DNA of 64,000 nucleotides from Kudoa neothunni. Taxonomy: Eukaryota; Animalia; Cnidaria. This document shows, one piece after another, positions 26,500-40,244 of the stretch; the stretch's first letter is position 1, and each line of letters opens with the position of its first letter. A program made the translations under genes and the position numbers. Location: positions 62,001-126,000 of the forward strand of contig OZ199838.1 of assembly GCA_964304625.1 (NCBI GenBank). The letters are read 5' to 3'. Under the pieces are notes generated by a model. The model was not told the origin of the DNA, did not search any database, and was given only the letters and a program-made list of their open reading frames with translations.

Positions 26500-27443
26500 G
26501 TTTAATAAAATTTAAAAAACTACAACTATATGGAGAAAAAATTTTTCAATATTTTCCGGTTGTCTTTGACCTTTATATCACCAATTTCAATGCTTAAATT
26601 CTTCTGTGTGTCTAATAGCGGATCAATTCTGGTAGATCCAAACGTTTTCAATAATATTTGATTATGATAATGTTTTGCAGATCGCTCATGTTTATTCAAA
26701 GCGTTAGACAAGTTATTCAAATGAGAATATCCTTATTTCATACAGATATAGTCATTAGGCGCCTAAAATAACAGGAATGAGAAACAAACAAGTTTTTTTG
26801 TTGTAATACATCCACACAGCCATTCCTTCCCCTAGTATCGTACGCTATGAAACCTACGAGTAATTTTCATTCCTTTCTGTTGTTTAAATTCATTAAGTTT
26901 TGGTAATGGTCTAACATTTGTTATGATTCTCAACTTTTCTCCATAGGAAGTTTCGAAAACTGTTTGAGATAAAGATTATCCATGTTTGAAAGTAATATGA
27001 TAAAACGAAAAAACAATTCAACAGAACCAAAATAGGGATTCGGAATAATTTATGTGTAACTCACATTTTCTCTGAATTATTACCTAATTCGATCACTTTG
27101 GAGACATTTCTTAAGATTTTAATATTTAATAATTCAAAAAATAACTAGAATTTCATGTATGAGAGGTGCAAATCGGTTCCCGTTACGGCGTGTTGTCACG
27201 TGTCTCTAGTAGGTATGCAGAATTTAGTCTGTATACCATGGCTAGTACAAAAAATAGAGACACGCGAAATCGCACCTCACTAGCCAGTTACGCGCATCTA
27301 GGTGTGTTTTATACAGGGGTCCGGAGGCAGCCGTGACCTCTGCCTACCTTGACCTGAATATTTAAAAAATTTTTATTCGTCTCTATTGGAAGTTGGCAAA
27401 TCAGGCTTCGCGGGCCTTAATTTGCCAATGCATCACACACCTG
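26500..27443 (-). mobile_element. hAT (ZMYM1-like) transposon 5' fragment
   Basis: Remnant YSHLNNLSNALNKHERSAKH (TTF-type zinc-finger region); GC-rich CAGG terminus near 27443. Confidence 0.6.
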
Positions 27444-27614
27444 GACCCATGAAAATTTCTCCATGTCGAGTCACTTTGGACAATTATTGATTCCGATTTT
27501 ATTAATTTTGACTAATATTCTACTTATATTGATTCTGATTTATATATTCAAACTGATACTGAGGTAGATGCAAATAATTTTCCTATTTACGTGCTTCATT
27601 AATACACACATTAT

Positions 27615-28580
27615 TTATTTTCGAATTGGTGTTATCCTATTAATTCTCATGTTACACCCTGTAATGCAATTACAAAAATTTTCCCACCCAACATATTCCA
27701 GGGTATGCAATGCGTACCTTGTATACCCGGACGACAAATGCCTGAGCTCAGCCATTCCGCAGCATAAAGACGAAATGTAATGTAACAGTTCATTGATTGA
27801 TTGAGAGAATTTTAGTTGTTTAACAGTAACGTTGTTGATTAAGGTGTGGCAGTTAGGGCATATTGATTTCTTTACTATGTTTCCAACTCTCGTTATCGAC
27901 CACACTCATGAGTTCTGGGCAGATACGCATGCGATAACATGTATCATGTAAACCATATCTCTTCATAAGATAGCGCTGATAATGGCATAAAGATATAAAT
28001 GAGAAGCGGCACTTAACGGGTTTCAATTAATTTTCGAAGAATATATAAATATTTTACATATTCTTTTTCTATTTTTCCTTTCACATCTTGACAAACATAA
28101 TCAGCTACAACTCCGCCTATTTCCGTATTCCCAGTAGCTGTATTCCAAAACGTAGATAACTATAAAATCAGCCGTTTACCAAGCTAAACTACCAGTATTA
28201 TAAGTGTACCAGGCACATTATGCATTGAGGATAATCACCTTTCATATCAATCACTATGATTTTAATGAGTTCAAATAATTAATATTCAGAGATGACTTTT
28301 TACCCTCGTTTTCTTTACAGTGAACTTCGAGCATGCAAACGTATTGTGGAATCATTATTTCAGCTAATTGTTTGTCGGCATGCTTCATTGTTTCGTCAAC
28401 ACTTACAAGGCACTACAGATACGTGTTAGCTAGTTTTACTCCAAAAAAATAATTATTTACTCCTATTTTTCTTGTAATGCAAATATAGGTTACTATCTTG
28501 AAAAAGGCTGATCGATAATTATTCCTTAGTTCAGTTGAATAAGCCTCTGGTGACATCTTTGTTGGACTTACACTTCATTA
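27615..28580 (-). CDS. Multi-saposin-B (SAPLIP/prosaposin-like) protein, at least 3 domains, needs frame corrections
   Basis: Saposin-type Cys spacing: C..CLVSVDE..IPQYVCMLEVHC; CIMC..YVC..C..DTCYRMRIC; CPNC..LC..FCNCITGC; introns of 46-48 nt just before Cys4 in two domains; 5' end not found. Confidence 0.65.
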
Positions 28581-30092
28581 AATTTATATAGAAAATCGTT
28601 AAAAAGTTAAATTATTAGGAGTTATCTGTTTTGCTGATTGCGCGTCCTCCACTCAAAAAAATAAATATTCGATCTTTATCATTTCTTTAAAAATATCTGT
28701 TTAAATGCAGAATATAAATTTATTTTCATCAAACCATGAGCTTTTTTATATAGGGCAAATTTTTCCACATAAAATCCAAATAAAAACGCAATAGAGTATA
28801 ACTATTTAGTCAATGAATATTTTAAAATGTTTATAATAAAATACATATTCCTACAAAATGATTTATGCATCACTGAAATATAATCAAATATTGAATATTC
28901 AACTTTTTAAAATATTAATAATTGGTATTTTGTAATTTCACATAAAATTATAATTTAATCCAATATATTTACATTGTTGTTATATCATTATCATCATAAT
29001 AAAAAATTCCTTTTTTCTCAAACATATAGCTCTTTGTAATACACCTATTAATTAACCCTTCAACTTCACTTCTGCTGACATTTTTATTCCTATAATTTTG
29101 TGAATATCTACATCTTTGGTCATTTGAATTAATGATAGGTAATATTCCTAGTTCTATCTCCTATTACAAATTTATCTGTCATATAAATCCATATTCATTT
29201 TCTTTCTAATCGAGATAATATGCCTACATGATAACTTCATGCCTATGTATTAGCAACATATGCAACTATTGGAATAAGATTCTATTTAATTATTAATTTC
29301 GATATACGTAACATATTTTACTATAACGTTAATGATGTGTTGTATCTTTTGTTAGTGTATAAGTTTACCCTTTCAATAGTTTGAATTGTCAGCTCTCTAA
29401 CTGCTTTACTCTCCCGCTCAGTTCTCATACTTGGTAAATAAATAAGAAAATAACCGATAAAACTCACCGTGTTAAGAATTTTATTATGATTTCCTTAATC
29501 TTGAAAGCTATGCTATGCATTTTAACCGTCATTAATCATATTTTAAAAGATCCCCTTTAGTTTCATGTATGCTGGACATCGTTCATGTTTGGTTGGATTC
29601 CATGACTTATTATAGTAATTAATGAATTTTGTTACATCTCATATTTAATATTTCATGTTTTTGTTTATAAATTGTTAGATCATCATTAAAAGTTAAATTT
29701 TGAATCAGTTCCAAAGTAGTTTTTCCATCAATTTTTTTATTACCATCATTAGTTTAGAAATTTTTCCCACGAAAATTCTTACGACATGATGCGGACATAT
29801 GATTGTGTAACAATGGGGAACGAGATTCAACAGATTTTCTTTCAATCACGTCTTTGTATATTATAAAAAACTGTTTTGGTCGATATTTCTTCATTACGTT
29901 TAAGTAGAGATTGATATAACCAATTCACAATTACGGTATTCTCAGATAAAAGAGCAATACCCCCTATTTGATTATGTCCAAGGGGATCGAAAAACAACCA
30001 TATGCAGTACCATACGTTTGTTGATTAATTTATATGTGGTATCCATAAATATTATTTCGGGGAATTTTTTAGTCACATCTATATTTCCTCCT

Positions 30093-31079
30093 TCCTAATA
30101 TATAAAGTCGTAGTGTCATGTGTCTGTCTGTCTGTCAGTGTGTGTTCGCGAATTCATATTCTTATAGGAAAACGTTTTCCGATATTTAATAATATATTTA
30201 TACTTTAAAAAATATAACCGAACTTTCTGATTGCTTATAAAGTGATGAATTGGTAGTGTAAACTTTTTGCATACCGATTAGTGCTAATGATAATAGGATT
30301 ATCACTACACGTGATTTATCAACGAATTCAGTCATAAGTGTGGTTACATTGAATTGTCCACTACTAAATTCAACCGTAACGTAATAATTTTACTTTTCTA
30401 CACTTAGAACATAGTTAACACATTCTATAGTGCTTTTGCTTACGTAGACCGGGTAAATAATCACGTGTCCTTCATGTCGGAGATTAATTCATGTGGAACA
30501 ATTATTCACATTTCATTTTTAGTTCTTGCAAAAAAGTGTTCATTATTTTTTATATATTTTTAAATTGAAGTTAACATGCATTTATTATGTGCAACGTTGT
30601 TAAAAAAAATCAGATTAATTGGTTTATCACGGGATGGTTGATGTGAATAATACGCCACACAAATAGAAATAACTTTAGATTTCTAATGAAGGTTTAATCA
30701 AGAAGAAATTGAAGACGATCGGATTATTACTGTATATTTTGATTAATATTCAAGTCAAAAGAAATGTATTGTGATTAAAATTTATGTTTAATACCTCAAT
30801 TCAAGGGTAAATTAATAGATAAACGTATTATTTTTCTTTTTAAATTTTCAAACTTAGATATGTTCACTTTAGAGAGAAACCGGGTATTTCGATGCGAATA
30901 ATATTTTATTTTACTTTACACGATCGCCCAAGGGTGATATAAAGAAATTATGAGTTCATATTATTAAGCCAGGGATTATATATAATTATATATATGGATC
31001 AATTTTTTTCATTTCTCAAGATATTTCTTCTTAATTTAAATATGCCTACTCCTGGACAAATTCGGGTTTTTCGCGCTAA
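30093..31079 (+). mobile_element. Non-autonomous Helitron (copy C)
   Basis: 5' TCCTAATATATAAAG plus (TGTC)n; 3' hairpin then cgcgCTAA. Confidence 0.7.
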
Positions 31080-32195
31080 TATATACATGAAGTTCTTATG
31101 TTTGTCAGTGTATGTGTTTGCGGCGGTTCGTATGTGACATGGGGAAACATTCTTTAAATACAGCTTTCAGTTTGCATTTGAATACATGATACTGTTAATA
31201 AAACCCGTTCATTTACTTAGAAATATAAATATAATCAATACTGCAGTCAGAAGTAAGGGATTTCTGGTTGTCTACATCAATTAACAGATTAAAAAGTACC
31301 TGCATAATATTGGTGTTTGTTTATTCGAGTTAGCCGATTTAGTCGATATTTTTACAAAGTTCCCGTTAACCTGAGAGTAATTAAATAAAATAATTATTCC
31401 GATAATATCAAATAGTACGTTTATTTTTAAAAAAGAGCAATCCTAAGAGAAAAAAAATGATATTCAAACATTACTGTAATTTTTCAAACCAAAAGCACCT
31501 TACCATTTTAGATTTAATCATATTTTATTGATTCAATTGTATTATTTTTAATTGAACAATAATTATTTGAAGAAAGGTTACGTTTATATAAAAACCGAAA
31601 AATAATGTTACAAGAATGAATGTATAATTTTGCGCCCACAAATTATTAAAACCTGATTAACAGCCTTTATAATATTATGAGATAGGGGTAACAATATTTT
31701 TATTTCACAAGCATTTTAGGTTGATTTTATTTTTGTTTCTTAACATTTGTAGACTAATAATAAGTTTAACCATTAGAAGAATTAATATTTATCGCCAAAT
31801 TTTGAAAGAGTTAAGAGTCCTATCTTGAATTATTTAATAGCTTTAATAATAAGTAAATAAATATTAATCGTTAATTACATTTCTCATAAAATTATAATCA
31901 TCGTATTTTTGGTTAATAATTTGTATAATAGAATTAAAAATATTCATAAACTTTCTCTCAATACCTCCATTTACATTTTGCTGAAAAGTGCATGCATATT
32001 TTGGTGTATGTAAATCACCACGGTGCAAAAATAATGCTAAACTATATAATGCGTAAATAATGATCGAGACAAACATTATAGGGTTTAACGTACCATTTAA
32101 ATTAATTTTACTGTAGAATTTCTCCATTAAAAAAAAAATTAAAAGTTAAAATTTTCCAATACACAGTACCAGGAAAAGCTGAGTATTAACGCTAG
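31080..32195 (+). mobile_element. Non-autonomous Helitron (copy D), in tandem with C
   Basis: 3' ccaggaaaagctgag hairpin plus CTAG|T; collinear with 40245-42022. Confidence 0.7.
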
Positions 32196-32388
32196 TTTAT
32201 TATATAACGTCTTGGAATTAATTATCAATTTTTCCATATTTTTACATGGTTAAGAATTTTTTGTTGAATTATACAATTCCGTAATATCAGTCCTAATAAT
32301 TTTTTAAATTGTCATCATAAAATTAATATTTTTTATAAGATTTTCATATTTTTATTAAACTTTCTATTAATGTTAAAAAATTCGTTAA

Positions 32389-34212
32389 CACTCGTACGTA
32401 AGCCCCAAAAAATCACACTACTGCACAAACTGGGTCCAATGGACACAGTCGGTAAAATTGGATTTAACGCTCGCCATCTGATTATAAATATGCCATAAAT
32501 ATAAAAGAAAATTTCTTATTGGTTTATTTTTAATATCATGTTAATAATTTATCGCAAAGCTGTAAAAAACAAGATATAACACGACGCCAGCCTTAGTTTG
32601 GTAATAGTAATGTACTATTGGGGGCTTCCCATCTTCCACAATGTTATTGTCATTGTGTAGAGAACTGAGAAGCAAAACAGACTTATTTGGATTTTTACAG
32701 AACTTAACAAGAGTGATTTTATCATGAAAAAGAAACTGAGATTCAACTTCTTTTTTATTCCGTTTAAAGCATGTAGGTTAAAATTTGCGTGACTTTCTCA
32801 CAGTTCCAACTAGGGCTGTTTTACGGCCTCGTTAATATTTGCCAGGTTTAAACTCGTGAAAAAATTGTCAGTAGTTATAGTTCTACCTTTATATAGATTC
32901 TAGATATAGGTTTGCGAATTCTCTGACAACTCGTTCCTCTTGATATACCTCGGGACCATTTGATGCTCTTCCTGTATAAATTTGAGCATTACGTAAGTAA
33001 GCATTTTCGGCATCTGCCAAGACCCAAGTTTTGATGCCATATTTTCTGGGTTTACTCGGTATATAAGTTTTAAAATTCACACGACCCCTTGTTGTGCAAA
33101 GCTGTTCATTCACTGTTAATTGCTCTGATAGTATGTAGTTATTTCGGCAATTATTGATAAATGAATCCCATAAGAAACTAATTAATTGGTGAGTCTTTTC
33201 TCTGAAGGTCACGCTCTACGCGGTCATCAAAACGAATATTTTCAGAGATAATTCTACGAAAATATTCGTTATGATATTCCTATAAAATATATAAACGTTA
33301 TTCCCACATATTTATATTTAAATTTTATTGAAGATGATTATTTTTATCTAAAAACGGTAAACTTTTTTCATTATTCCATAACTCTTGTAATGAAGAGTTT
33401 TTGTTTTTCATTATTCCAAGATATAAATTAGCACCTATCCATTTTCAAACATCAGAATCGTTAATTTTTATTTTATTGTTTCTCTTTTCCATAAATGTGT
33501 TTGTCGAAATTGTTAATTTTGAAATAATATCATCTCCAATAAAACTTTTGAATGAAGTCAATGGAGAAAATATTCTTCCCTAATTTTATTTGGGATTCTA
33601 GCTTTATAATTTGGTAAAATATTGTGGTTACGTGTTCTTACCACCTTAGTTGATATTTTTGACTCCCATTTAATTAATTTGTCTCTTGAGAACTGAGTTT
33701 CCTCTTGAGATTGTTCAATATCAGAAATATTCTCCAAATAATTTGAAACTGGTTCCTCTATTATGTTACCTATTTCTTCGTCAGAAGACAGATTCTCATC
33801 TATGTTAGAATATTCTGAGTTTTATATAATCATTATTATCGCATCATCAAGGGTTAATATTCTACATGGATTAGCAGCTATACGAGGGCGATAAAAGATT
33901 AATTTGTTACTATCCTTGGTAATAACTATTCCTAGATATTTCAGCGTAGGAAACTCTAATTTTATTTATAAAAAATTATACTATATTTAAAATTATTAGA
34001 AGTTACGGTAAAGTATGCAACAACTTATAATTTTTAAACATGGCTCAAAATAAACAAACAAACAAACAAACGAAGATGCAATTATTTAGAGATATTTTAT
34101 TTCGTTAAAGTTAAATCTGGATTATTAGATTTTTTTATTAAATATATTTAGTTGTTTAATTTGTTTTTAATTATTTAACGGTGTTATTAAACCCAGAATG
34201 TATGTACAAGTG
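32389..34212 (-). mobile_element. Decayed piggyBac
   Basis: TTAA on both sides; TIRs cactcgtacgta / tatgtacaagtg; remnant TRGRVNFKTYIPSKPRKYGIK. Confidence 0.9.
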
Positions 34213-36669
34213 TTAAACGCTCATTTCAGTTTCAGCTGAAAGTCCCAATTATCTAAGAATTTGATTGCCTATGTTTTTGGAAACTCGCAGTGTAATGAAA
34301 ATATTGCATCCTCATGTACATATATTGAGTTTTCTCTTTCTTATATTTTTAGATTGTATCCAAATTCAAATTAATTACTATCACATGTTTATAGACATTT
34401 ATATTTTTATCACTATGGGAACAGAAAAAGTTTACTAGCAATAAATAAGATAAGAATTCGTGTCTCAATAAAATTTTTAGGGCAGTTTTAATTTTTATAG
34501 AATCTCGGTTTCGGCAACAAAACTTTTTATTTTTTACACATATCAATGAATTATTTAACTTTTTATAAGTGTGGAAATGAATCTCTGAACTTTGGTTCCG
34601 ATATAGTTTCCTAAAAAATTAGTGTTTCAACAGACTCTCCCTCCAGAATGATTCAACTCGATGCTATCGACGTTACAACTGTACTCAACGGATTATTATA
34701 CTCATTTGCAATGCTATGCAACATCAATTAGCTTTATTAGGGAAATATTTTCTGATTTCTCGAAAACTTAAAGTATTTTTAATCCTAATTATTAATTAAA
34801 AGATAAGCGAAACTAAATTTGTATTTTGCATATATAGAAGATATTTATCTAAGAAATGATAAGATTGAATTATTATTTTAGTAGAGAAAGCGCGTCTGCA
34901 AAATAGGCACAGTCAAATTTTTAGCCTACTTGTATGCGACTTCTTCCACAGTCTTCGTCATTATGGCGACTGCAAAGAGCACACATCCCAGTATCCATAC
35001 TAAACGATGTTAATACAACTATATATGTCTATTAACTTTACCATTGTGAAGTTTTGTTAGCATTACCTTCTAGCTCAAGTTAACTCAATCAGATTACTTA
35101 TATTATCAATAATTCTAGGTTTTTAAACCAGATTAATTTAATCTTTTCAATCATTTCTTAACGATTAAGAGGTTGATCAGTATTTGTTATTATTGGTGAA
35201 ACTTTTATTTCGACGATAAAAATTGCGTTAGTTAATAATAAGTAGCAATATGATTATGTATTATATTTTATATACACGAGGTTATTGTATTCGTGTATTA
35301 AAAGTGAACCTATATTTTTATATTTTAGGTTCATTATTCTTTGGCATAAGGTGTTCATTTATTGATGACATCGGAAAATTAGAGTGATTGCGAGTATTAC
35401 TTAAAATCAATTATTTTTGTATTTATTCTGACTTTAATTGTATTAAAATTAAAATTTACAGTCGTTATTACATGATAACTTCATTAATAATTTTGTTTTA
35501 GTTATAATTAGCGATAGTAACTGCTATAATTTCAAAGCAGTGACCTAATTACAAATAACAACTTGTAATTTTCGCGATATTAGTAATCCTTATATCCCAA
35601 GTAATTTTTAAAAGGTAATAAATATTTTTTAATCATTATAAACCATCAATATTAAAAAGAATATATTAAATTATTTATTCAAATGTTCTTTACGATATCA
35701 GTTGACAGTTTGGAAACATCCATTGTTTGGAGACTTCCCCGTTTATGAACCCCTCCAAAGTTAGCGCTACACTACTCAAATCAATTCTGCACAACCTCGC
35801 AAATACGATAACGATGTGTAACACCCTCTAGTAAATCCTAAATAAAGCTTTGCACTCAATCCAAATAAAAAATACATGGTATGAGAAGGAACAGACAGTT
35901 GTGAGGCTAAACCAGTTATTATCCCTATTTTTAAATTTAAGGTATTGTTATAGAAAACTTTAATTTATAATAATTCAAAAGATTTTATTTATGAGCCGTC
36001 TAATCCTTTCTAATCAATTATTGATTTCGAACTCTGTGTATTCTAGGTATATGTGTTGCTTTCGATACACTGAATTTGGCTGTAGAAATGAACCGCTCAT
36101 TCGTAATCCTCTTGAGACCGCACAAAGATACGAAATAATTAGTTAAATTGATTAGTTCGTAATTTTCTTATCATACAAAAACGAATAATACGTTCATTAT
36201 TTAAACTTAAAGGTTTAAGATTTATTAAGTTTCGTCTTCAAGTAATCCCTTGTATTGAACTGTCCTTTAAATAAATATAATAAAGTATTTTTAATAACTA
36301 ACAAATTTTGATGCTAAAAATGCTCAAATAATATGAAATTATTTTTATCAACATTATTACGGAATTAAGTTTTCATTAATAAACATCCACCGAAATAAAT
36401 TTTATTAATAGACTTTTTGGTACAATGATACATGTTGTGTTTTCATTTTTTTGTTAATTATCACTGTTAAGCCCAGTTTAGGAATCAGTTTATCAAATGA
36501 TGATCAATAATTGCATTTAATAAAAGAAGTATTTAAACCGAAAAAATTAATAATACTAAAAATAGTTATATTGCTTAATGTAAGAAAAAATGTAAATGAA
36601 AATATTTTATGTGTATGGAGAAATCTAGTGTATATAGAGCTCTTGTCTGTCGGTGTATGTTTATTTCCG

Positions 36670-39600
36670 CAGGGCGTCCACTGCTTGGTTTTTTTTGTAA
36701 TTACTTAATTTAAATAAATTAACGTAATTTTTCATGATGTAAAGTATGCCCTTAATACTTTTTTATCATGTAGCACGCTACAATGGTAATGATAAAGTAT
36801 GCGGCACCTAAAAAACGGCGTCTTACACACGTTTTTCCACATTCCTTTTTTCACAATTGTTTATAATAAAATTAAAGAATATGGAGAGCGAAAACTCAGC
36901 TAAAAATAAAAACTTTGAAATTTTAAGAACTTTTTATGCGAACTTTGTCGGATGCAAGTGTAATCTGCATCTTTTTTCAACAAACATTGAATTTTTTTGT
37001 TTCTTCCTTAGTTATTAACTTAAAAGTTAATTATTATTACTATTTAGATTTTTTACTATTGACATAAAACAGTTATATCTAAACTAACTTTAAAAATAAA
37101 TTTAGTGCAAGTTTCACAATAAAATCTCATTTTTTTAATATAAAAAAATGCTTTGTGAACTTTCAAATGTAAATATTAATGTAGAAAGGTTTGTTTTAGT
37201 TTCTAATTTTTTTAAATTAATTTTGATTTTAAAAATTAAGAAATTATTCAGTTTTAATTATTAAAATTCGAAAACCTAATTTTTAAAAACGATACTATTA
37301 AATTTTTTACCCTGGCGTATGTCTAAAACACCGAGAAAAATTTGTTAACTATATTTTTATTGTTTAATAAGTTTTTTTATACATCAAAAATTCCTAACAA
37401 CATTTTCGGCAAAATATGCTAATTAAGAATATTTTGAAATGTTAATACAATATGTTAACCAAGGTTATTTTTATTAGTATGTATATAATTTACTAAAACT
37501 AATAATTTCATATAAAAAACAGTTTTTGGGTTTTTATATTTTTTATAACAATATTTTTATGTTTTTGAATGCTATATTAAACACATGTAAGAATTCCACC
37601 TAAAAAGTAATGACTGTATAATTAACCCAAAGTTATTTCCTTGTAGGAACTAAAGGTTGATCTAAACTATAGTGTTGATTAATTGTTAAAAAAACTCATC
37701 AGTTCGAAGAAAACTAAGAAAATGCATTTTAATAGCATGTGGTTGTCTTTTCGTTTTTAAACTATTCACACGTAAACCTGTATAATTGAATTTGATATTA
37801 TAACGTTTATGTTTGTATGATAACGAATATGAAACGTAACCAATTTATGAATGATTATCGGAACAAATTAGAGATTAATTCAATGTTTGTTGAAAAATTC
37901 TTGTATTTTATTATGAACAATTATGAAAAAAGAAATGTGGAAAAACGTGTCTTAGACGGCGTTATTCAGATGCCGCATACTTTACCATTACCCGCTAGTC
38001 ATTTCTGAACGTTATTTCGAATAGTGGCGTCAAATATTAAATAATTAATTGTAAATATATTTGTCTATATTATATATTAAGCATGGGCGATAATACAAAT
38101 CAATGCAAAAAAAGAACATGATATGCCATGAGCTGTAATAATGATTGGTTGAAAGAGGAAGAGTTTAAAGATTGGCTTGCTCATGATACCAAAGACAGTA
38201 ACCCTAGCTACTGTAAATGCTGTAAGATAGTGTCTAAAAATGCGAACAAATCAATGCTTTTCAAGCATATAAATACAGCTAAACATTAAAAAAATTATGA
38301 GATAGCTAAACGGACTGTTGATATAACCAATTTCGTAAAATCTAATAAGATGCCAGCAATAGCAGATCAAGCTACCAAAAGTGAACTAGAAATTGTTGCT
38401 TATTTCACGGAACACAATATCCCAACCGATTGTATTGATCATTTCCTTCCCATGTGCAAAATTGCATTCCCCGACAGTAAAATTGTGGAAACGTTGTCAA
38501 TGAAAAAAACCAAACTTTCATAGATTGTTCAGGATGTTTTAGCTTTTGAAGAAGATACTTTTATTTCAAATATCTGTAGATCTCAGAAATTTTCATTAAT
38601 AATTGATGAGAGTACTGACATTTCAATTACACAGGTTTTGGCAGTTGTAGTTCGATTCTTCGACTATAATAAAGAGAATGTTGTTGACGCTCTGCTAGAC
38701 ACTGTAATTGAAGAAGACGGCAAAACACTCGGTCTCTACAACTCTATCAAGAAGCTGTTCGCAGACAAGAATATTCCCATTGAAAACGTCATAGGATTTG
38801 GAAGCGATAACTGTACTTCAATGATAGGATATAAAAACAGATTTCGGAAATTATTAAAAGATGATATACCCTCAGTTTTCATTATGGGATGTGTCTGCTA
38901 TTCAATCGTCTTGTGTACGAGTAATGCAGTGAAGTATCTTCCGCCATATTTAGAAGCATTTCTGAAGAAAATAATTTCTTATTTCTCACGGAGCAGTAAG
39001 AGACAAAGAGACTTCTCTCTAATTCAGAAGACTATCAATACTTCATGTCACAAAATTTCAAAATTATCGCAAAGAAAGTAGCTGTCGCGAGAGAATGACA
39101 TTTCATTTGTGCTAGACCAGTATAGCGTAATATTGTTATATTTTCAAGGCAAAGAAAAAATCAACAAAATCGATGGTGCTGGTGAAATATACAAAATTTT
39201 CAGGAATAATTTTACGAAGCCAATCTTACTCTTCCTTCAATACGTTCTGAGAAAGATCAATAAATTAAATTGTAAATTTCAGGTTGCATGTTTCGTATAC
39301 CATGATATATATCGTCGGAATATAAGAATCTTTTGAGTTTTTCTATCAATGATGTGGTTCTATATTCAATGAAATTATCCGAAATTGACCCCTTAAATAT
39401 TCATTATTACAAACCAGCCACAGAAATATACTTTGGTGGAAATGTGACAGCATACTTAATCAATAACCCTTTAGATTCTGTAATGGAGATAGGATTTAAG
39501 CGTAATTATTTGAGATTTCTTGGTGAATTATGTGACCATATAAAAAGCCGATTTTTCATGAACGAAAACAATCCAATTGCAAACTTTAATACACATGAAT

Positions 39601-40244
39601 CTATTATATCTCGAGATGTAACCTTGTCACCTTTACCTGTTATACCACTAACTGCTCATTTTCCTCAACTTGTACCTGAAGAAAATTAAAACGAGCTTGA
39701 TGATCAATGGTGAAGTTATCGTCTGGTTGTTAACAAACTGTCAATTCCTTTTGACATTATCCCCCGATATTGGTGTATGGTAAAAGAAATAAAGGATGAC
39801 TTTAACATTTCAAAATTCGGAATTTTAACTGATTTTATGGTGAACTTAACCATTATGCCACATTCCGCTGCTAACGTCGAAAGAATTTTTTATTGGATGA
39901 ACTCAATTAAAACCAAGCAAACCAACTCTCTAAAGGCTGATGCCGTCAAGTACAAATTAGTTGCAAAACAACTCATCAGAAGAAACGGTAATACGTGTGT
40001 AACATGAAAACCAAGCAATAACTTGATAAATAATATCACCAGTGGCGCTGTTTACCGACATCATCATGAACGACAGAGAAAACACGATAAAAAGGCCCAA
40101 AATTTAATTGTGATGATGATAACACAGCTGTATATACGGGTGACGATTAAACATTATATTAGAGGAAATTTTATTTTTTTATTTTATGTTCAACTAGCGT
40201 TTTTCTTTATCTTGGGTTTTTTCAAAACCTCACTGGACGCCCTG
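36670..40244 (+). mobile_element. Full-length decayed hAT transposon
   Basis: TIRs CAGGGCGTCCACTG / CACTGGACGCCCTG; transposase remnant ~38083-40090 (IIDESTDIS, FGSDN, PHSAANVERIF); TSD not clearly preserved. Confidence 0.93.
36785..37992. mobile_element. Long-TIR non-autonomous element (MULE- or Merlin-like) nested in the hAT
   Basis: ~95-bp imperfect TIRs starting GGTAATG; flanks cgctacaat / cgctagtca (partial TSD). Confidence 0.75.
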
